Assembly (NCBI GenBank): GCA_965140585.1
Contig: OZ223265.1
Span: 256,001 to 320,000 of the forward strand
Direction of reading: 5' to 3'
DNA from: Spirochaetia bacterium
GTDB lineage: Bacteria > Spirochaetota > Spirochaetia > UBA9216
DNA length: 64,000 bases
The position numbers and the translations under genes are program-made. Position 1 is the first letter of the stretch. Every line of letters begins with the position of its first letter. Shown one piece after another: positions 61,104 to 64,000 of this stretch. The notes under the pieces are model-generated. The model ran no database searches. It saw only the letters and a list, made by a program, of their open reading frames with translations, and was not told the DNA's origin.

Positions 61104-62306
61104 ATGACAGAACTGATATATTACAGCGAACCTGAGAGAAGTTCGTTTTCCGCTAAAATACTCGAAATCAGAGAAGATAAAAGAGGTGTCTCCCTGATTC
61201 TTGATCGTACATGCTTCTATCCCGAAGGAGGCGGACAGCCTGCCGATAAAGGACGCATTGCGGAGCTGAATATAATCGACGTACAAAAAACCGATGATGA
61301 GGTCCTCCATTATTTCGAAGAAGGGAAAAATCGAACTGATCTGCCCGCTGAAGGAAGTACAGCTGAATGTGAAGTCGATATGGATCATCGTTTTGACTAT
61401 ATGCAGCAGCATACAGGTCAGCATCTTGTTTCTGCGGCTCTCGTAAAGATAGCGGATATTCAGACGGTTTCAGTTCATCAGGGTGAAGAATACACGGCAA
61501 TTGAAACTTCGGCTGAGGAGATCGATGCACTGACAATAGCCGGGGTTGAATCTGAGGTAAATAGAATTATCTGTCTCAATCTACCGGTGAATGCCGTTGT
61601 AACTGATGATGAGGGGCTCAGTGAGTTCAATCTTCGAAGACCCACCAAACGAAGCGGTAAAATAAGAATAGTTGAAATACCCGGCACAGACTGTGTTGCA
61701 TGCGGAGGTCTGCACCTTTCATCGACCGGCCTCACAGGTCTGGCAAAGTGTACCGGAACCGAAAAAATCAGAGGTCATGTCAGACTTCTGTGGAAAATAG
61801 GCAGAAGGGCATATGAGGATTACAGCCTTAAAACTGCAGTTACAGATGAACTCTCTGTTCTGTACAGCGCACCACTTGCCGAGATTACGGACAGATGCAA
61901 AGACTCACTTGAAGCCTTTAACCGTTTGAAATATGAGCTTGGGCAGATGGAAATCGCGCGTGCGGAAAAAACAGCTGGTGATATAGCCGAATACGGCAGG
62001 CCCTGGACAGAATCGGCGAAAGTGCATACCGTCATTCTTGAGAATGAAAGCTCGGATTATATAAAAAACCTCTGCCGTTTACTTTCAGACTGTGACGAAG
62101 GAAAAATATTCATGCTTTTCAACAAGTCTGCAGATAAGACAACCTGGGCCCTCGTTCAGGCCGGTGAGTCTGACTTTAATTTTAATGCTTTCAGCAGTGA
62201 TTTTCTGAAACCCCTCGGTGTAAAGGGAGGCGGCAAGTCCCCGATATGGCAGGGAATTCTTACTCAGCCTGAAAAACTCCCGGAACTTATGGAACGCATC
62301 AGCTGA
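61104..62306 (+). CDS. AlaX-like aminoacyl-tRNA editing protein with DHHA1 domain
   Basis: FYPEGGGQPAD, MQQHTGQHL, ACGGLH, KGGG. Confidence 0.88.
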   Translation: MTELIYYSEPERSSFSAKILEIREDKRGVSLILDRTCFYPEGGGQPADKGRIAELNIIDVQKTDDEVLHYFEEGKNRTDLPAEGSTAECEVDMDHRFDYMQQHTGQHLVSAALVKIADIQTVSVHQGEEYTAIETSAEEIDALTIAGVESEVNRIICLNLPVNAVVTDDEGLSEFNLRRPTKRSGKIRIVEIPGTDCVACGGLHLSSTGLTGLAKCTGTEKIRGHVRLLWKIGRRAYEDYSLKTAVTDELSVLYSAPLAEITDRCKDSLEAFNRLKYELGQMEIARAEKTAGDIAEYGRPWTESAKVHTVILENESSDYIKNLCRLLSDCDEGKIFMLFNKSADKTTWALVQAGESDFNFNAFSSDFLKPLGVKGGGKSPIWQGILTQPEKLPELMERIS

Positions 62307-62339
62307 GTATTATATAAGATAGGCGGTTTATCAGGAGTT

Positions 62340-63527
62340 TCAGCTCATCAGCCTTGTAACCGCGTTCTCAAGCCCCTTCATGCTGATGTCGTACATCGGG
62401 AAGATGTCGCGTATTATTCCGATGGAACTTGTATACTGCCACAGATAATCAGGTACCGGGTTCAGCCAGACGGTATGCCGGAACATTGAAGCCAGCTGTT
62501 TCAGATATTCAAGGCCGGGTGCATTTTCACGATCTTCGGTCCGTATTACTCCGTTTCGGTATAAAAGCTCATATGGCGACATACTGGCGTCACCCACAAT
62601 AATCAGCCTGGTCTCAGGGTCACGTCCCGAAAAATCCTCTATGGGCACAGGTTTCTTAAAACGCTGCGGATCCGACCAGATACGCCGGTAGATGGTATTG
62701 TGAAAGTAATAGACGTTAAGATCCTTGAAAAAACTGTGCGCATGATCGAAAAGCTTTTTAACTGTCCCGATGTGGGGATCCATTGAAAAGCCGCCGTTAT
62801 CAATCATCAGAATAACTTTAAGCCGGTCACGCAGACTCTGTGAAAATACCAGTTCTATTTCACCCGCATTGCGCATTGTCTGGTAGATGGTGGCATCAAT
62901 ATCAAGCCTGTCCTTCGGACCATGAGGAACCATGATTTTCAGCTTCTTGAGAGCTTCCATCATTGTGGCTTCAGACAGCATTACATCATCAGAATAATCC
63001 CTGTACCGTCTTTCCCCGGCAACCTTCATTGCAGAACGGCTTGTGGAAGTTCCACCTACCCTCATTCCGTCCACATGGCATCCGGAATGCCCTGTGGGAG
63101 ATGTACCTGAGGTGCCTATCCACTTCGTCCCGCCGTCGTGCTTCTCCTTCTGTTCTTCAAGTCTGTCCTTGAAATACTGCAGAAGCTCGTCGGGGGTCAT
63201 ACTCTCAAAATCCAGACTGTCGGAATCAAACTGACGCGCCGGATCGGAGGCTTCCCGGAGCCACAGTTCAAGCAGGGCTGCCATCTTTTCATCAGGCATT
63301 ATCCCGTCAAGAATGGACTCATCGGCTCCTTCAAAATGATAGGCAAATATACGGTCATATGCGTCGAAGTGGCGTTCACTTTTCACAAGAATACTTCTGG
63401 CGCAATGATAAAAGCTGTTCAGGCTGATAATAAGCCCCTTGTACAGGGCTCTCTGAAGGTTAAGATATGCGGTAAAACTTACCGGAACTCCGGCTCTTTT
63501 AAGTTCCAAGAAAAAATCTGCAAACAT
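62340..63527 (-). CDS. VWA-domain CoxE-like partner of MoxR ATPase
   Basis: HDGGTKWIGTSGTSP, DNGGFSM MIDAS-like, YYFHN, VGDASMSPYEL, WLNP. Confidence 0.85.
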   Translation of the reverse strand: MFADFFLELKRAGVPVSFTAYLNLQRALYKGLIISLNSFYHCARSILVKSERHFDAYDRIFAYHFEGADESILDGIMPDEKMAALLELWLREASDPARQFDSDSLDFESMTPDELLQYFKDRLEEQKEKHDGGTKWIGTSGTSPTGHSGCHVDGMRVGGTSTSRSAMKVAGERRYRDYSDDVMLSEATMMEALKKLKIMVPHGPKDRLDIDATIYQTMRNAGEIELVFSQSLRDRLKVILMIDNGGFSMDPHIGTVKKLFDHAHSFFKDLNVYYFHNTIYRRIWSDPQRFKKPVPIEDFSGRDPETRLIIVGDASMSPYELLYRNGVIRTEDRENAPGLEYLKQLASMFRHTVWLNPVPDYLWQYTSSIGIIRDIFPMYDISMKGLENAVTRLMS

Positions 63528-64000
63528 CAGTCTGTCAGTGTTTCGGAGGCCTTTTTAAGATCTTCACTCCGTTTGAAAAGAACTCCAAGGAATGGAACCC
63601 TGCCCCTTCTCAGCTGATCGGTATCAAATTCCGGATCTGCAGAAAGCGCGCGTATCCAGTTGATAAGCTCTCTGGTAGCAGGCTTTTTTTCTATGCTTCC
63701 GATACTCCTGAGCCGGTAGAAAGTCTCTATTATATTATCAGCAGTTTTTTTACCCATGTCGGAAAAATGCACTTTTACAATTTTATCCATCTGTTTCCGG
63801 TCAGGAAAGGCAATATGATGAAAGTTGCACCTGCCCAGAAAGGGGTCGGAAAGGTCTTTCTTGCTGTTGGAAGTGATTATAATTACAGGTCTGTGAACTG
63901 CCTTGATTGTTTTATCTGTTTCTATTATATCAAACTGCATCTGATCCAGAACATCAAGCATGTCATCCTGAAAATCGGTGTCGGCCTTGTCAATTTCATC
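63527..64000 (-). CDS. MoxR-family AAA+ ATPase, 3' part
   Basis: Frame open from window edge: DEIDKAD Walker B, IITSN, KKPATRELINW. Confidence 0.88.
   Translation of the reverse strand, partial: DEIDKADTDFQDDMLDVLDQMQFDIIETDKTIKAVHRPVIIITSNSKKDLSDPFLGRCNFHHIAFPDRKQMDKIVKVHFSDMGKKTADNIIETFYRLRSIGSIEKKPATRELINWIRALSADPEFDTDQLRRGRVPFLGVLFKRSEDLKKASETLTD

Noticed and set aside
61044-61424. N-terminal extension of patatin ORF overlapping the AlaX gene
   Set aside because: Antisense shadow; signal peptide begins at GTG 61043
1-64000. Short antisense ORFs in the track; CRISPR, tRNA, rRNA, riboswitches, stop-codon reassignment
   Set aside because: Antisense ORFs shadow well-supported genes; no repeat-spacer array or structured RNA recognised by eye (a covariance-model scan would be decisive); TAA, TAG and TGA all end intact genes

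Overview
Bacterial genomic window, most likely from a free-living anaerobic spirochaete (inferred from AGGSQE-type and lipoprotein signal peptides and overall gene content). Intact housekeeping/energy blocks: maoC-bcd-etfB-etfA (EtfA with fused ferredoxin), a complete 12-gene Mrp-MBX/MBS-type membrane complex whose NuoI-like subunit is fused to a GltD/NfnB-like flavoprotein, ugpBAE, cysC-cysD-cysN with a sulfotransferase, GGDEF, mgsA, a histidine kinase/receiver/solute-binding trio, a TetR-aminotransferase-aldolase-kinase-MFS catabolic operon, rubredoxin (missed by the ORF track), split metH, glutaredoxin, patatin, AlaX-like editing protein and a MoxR/VWA pair. Between them lie decaying accessory patches: a corrinoid protein/HutC-type regulator/flavinylated reductase/UroD-family pseudogene island, an IS3 element joining a broken pstA to a truncated lipoprotein without target duplication, and a truncated IS1182 cutting an amidohydrolase next to a dead permease. 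No rRNA, tRNA or CRISPR array was recognised. Best candidates for undescribed biology are the amino-polyol transaminase-kinase-aldolase pathway, the non-hydrogenase MBX/MBS complex with an in-built NAD(P)H module, and the corrinoid/HutC-controlled extracytoplasmic reductase with a non-canonical active site. All family assignments are from motif recognition by eye, without database searches.
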